From Eledone cirrhosa (lineage: Eukaryota), in contig OZ024741.1 of NCBI GenBank assembly GCA_964016885.1, forward strand, positions 198,028,001 to 198,092,000: a stretch of 64,000 bases of DNA. The letters run 5' to 3'. The translations under genes and the position numbers were made by a program. The notes under the pieces were generated by a model. That model was given only the letters and a program-made list of their open reading frames with translations. It was not told where the DNA came from and ran no database searches. Shown here piece after piece: positions 62,311 to 64,000 of the stretch. How positions within the stretch are numbered: the stretch's first letter is position 1; each line of letters begins with the position of its first letter.

Positions 62311-63546
62311 CGTTTCTGAATTTGTTTAGCAAGATTCTTTATCTGAAATCGTGTGTTGAAACCGATATTGTTATACTTCGGGAGGGTCATGTTGCCAATA
62401 AGAAACACACGCACCAGTTGCTTTCACTTCAATTTATTATATATTTATAAATTTATAAATTTACAAATCTACAAACTTATAAATTTCTGGTTGGTTGGTT
62501 GGTTGGTTGGTTCCACAACCAGATAGTTGTTTATATATAGTCATAGTCCTTTCGTCACACACTCTGTGACCTCTTCAGTGACTGGGGATTCCTTTCTTTG
62601 TTTCTGTGCCTTTCCTTTCTTCTGTCCTACGCCATTTTGTTTCTGTGTGTGTGTTGTGTGCTCAGTTTGCGCATGCGCCACATCCGGGTGTCTGTGTGTG
62701 TTTGTGTTCATTTATCTATTTGTTTATTTATTTACATGTTGTTGGTTGGTTGTTTGTTCTATGTGTGTGTGTGTTTTCACTTTGTCCTTAATTGTAAGTT
62801 GTGATGTTGCTGTTCCACTCATATTTTCTATTTAATTTTGGTTGTAATTCTTTTATGCTTACTGCCTCTGTAATTTGCCTAAACATTGCATCTTTTCTGT
62901 GTGTGGATTCTATTTTTATTTCTATGTTCTCTAATTTACCCTTGTGTTCTATCTTAGCATGTTGGTAGAGTACAGATGATTCTTTATTATCTTGAAGGTC
63001 TCGCCAGTGTTCATTTATTCGTTCCCCTATACTACGAGCTGTCTCACCTATGTACACTATATTTTTGTTTCTACATTGTCCCCTATGTACACTATATTTT
63101 TGTTTCTACATTGTCCTTCAGTACATCTTATGCTATACACTACATTTCTAGTTTTACAGTTAATATGGGGGCTTATTTTACAGGTTATACATTTCTTATC
63201 TATACATGAGGGTCTTTGGAACGGGTATGTCTTGCTAATAAGTGTTTTTACGGAGGTACCTGGTCTTTCTACTATCTTAATATTGAGTTTATGTTTATTT
63301 AGGGCCCTTCTAAATGTGTAGGCTAGTTCGCCTCTAGGGGTTGTATTGATGAACATTACACTCTGGTATTTATTGCTATCATACCATGAGTGTTTATTCT
63401 ATTGGCCTTGTTCCTAGTTCTTTCTATTCTATTCCATAATTTGCTCCTATACACGGGGGCAGGTCCCATTTATGTCATTATTTACCATTTTTTCCCATTT
63501 GGTTCTGGCTCCTCTATACACTCTGATTCTATCTCTCTGATTGTAG
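62310..63546 (-). mobile_element. PLE (Neptune-like) 3' fragment: Cys-rich linker + GIY-YIG + pLTR
   Basis: FINTTPRGEL..VERPG..C..C..C..NCKTRNVVYSIRC; YIGETARSIGERINEH..RQITEA..LN. Frame broken by a 35-bp tandem duplication (63047-63081/63082-63116). Confidence 0.82.
62539..62583 (-). ncRNA. Minimal type I hammerhead in the PLE pLTR
   Basis: AGUCA-CUGAAGA-G-GUCACA(GAGUG)UGUGAC-GAAA-GGAC-UA-UGACU. Confidence 0.75.
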
Positions 63547-64000
63547 CCAAAGAATTACAACCAAAATTAAATAGAAAATATGAGTGGAACAGCAACATCA
63601 CAACTTACAATTAAGGACAAAATGAAAACACACACACACATAGAACCAAACAACCAACCAACAACATGTAAATAAATAAACAAATAGATAAATGAACACA
63701 AACACACACAGGACACCCGGATGTGGCGCAATGCGCAAACTGAGCACACAACACACACACAGAAACAAAATGGCGTAGGACAGAAGAAAGGAAAGGCACA
63801 GAAACAAAGAAAGGAATCCCCCAGTCACTGAAGAGGTCACAGAGTGTGTGACGAAAGGACTATGACTATATATAAACAACTATCTGGTTGTGGAACCAAA
63901 CCAACCAACCAGAAATTTATAAGTTTGTAGATTTGTAAATTTATAAATTTATAAATATATAATAAATTGAAGTGAAAACAACTGGTGCGTGTGTTTTTCT
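63547..64000 (+). mobile_element. Inverted copy of the PLE 3' end/pLTR (runs off the window)
   Basis: Reverse complement of ~62400-62853. Confidence 0.85.
63823..63867 (+). ncRNA. Minimal type I hammerhead (inverted copy)
   Basis: AGTCA-CTGAAGA-GGTCACAGAGTGTGTGAC-GAAA-GGAC-TA-TGACT. Confidence 0.75.

Overview
Eukaryotic, AT-rich and almost entirely repeat-derived DNA. The microsatellite load and SINE/LINE repertoire suggest an octopus-like cephalopod, which is an inference. No host protein-coding gene could be supported. The window contains: (i) Penelope-like elements (PLEs), including a 645-codon RT+GIY-YIG ORF, plus several short palindromic pLTR-like modules in (TA)n/(TG)n tracts; (ii) 19 type I hammerhead ribozyme (HHR) motifs read directly from sequence (2 clearly decayed), belonging to several unrelated families and including U3-A8, C4 and A4 core variants and three with 71-91 nt stem II insertions; (iii) a tandem array of four R4/Dong-type RLE LINEs, one with an intact 1130-aa ORF, each ending in (TAA)n and abutting opposite-strand Tx1/L1-type LINEs that also end in (ATT)n; (iv) a CRE-type LINE with a PHD finger inserted in a Chapaev3-type transposase, a CR1-type LINE, RTE fragments, Helitron remnants and MITE candidates; (v) two tRNA-derived SINE families whose 3' tails match the Tx1-like and RTE-like LINE 3' ends respectively. 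Most short ORFs in the track are microsatellite or antisense artefacts. Element boundaries and clade names come from reading by eye and are approximate.
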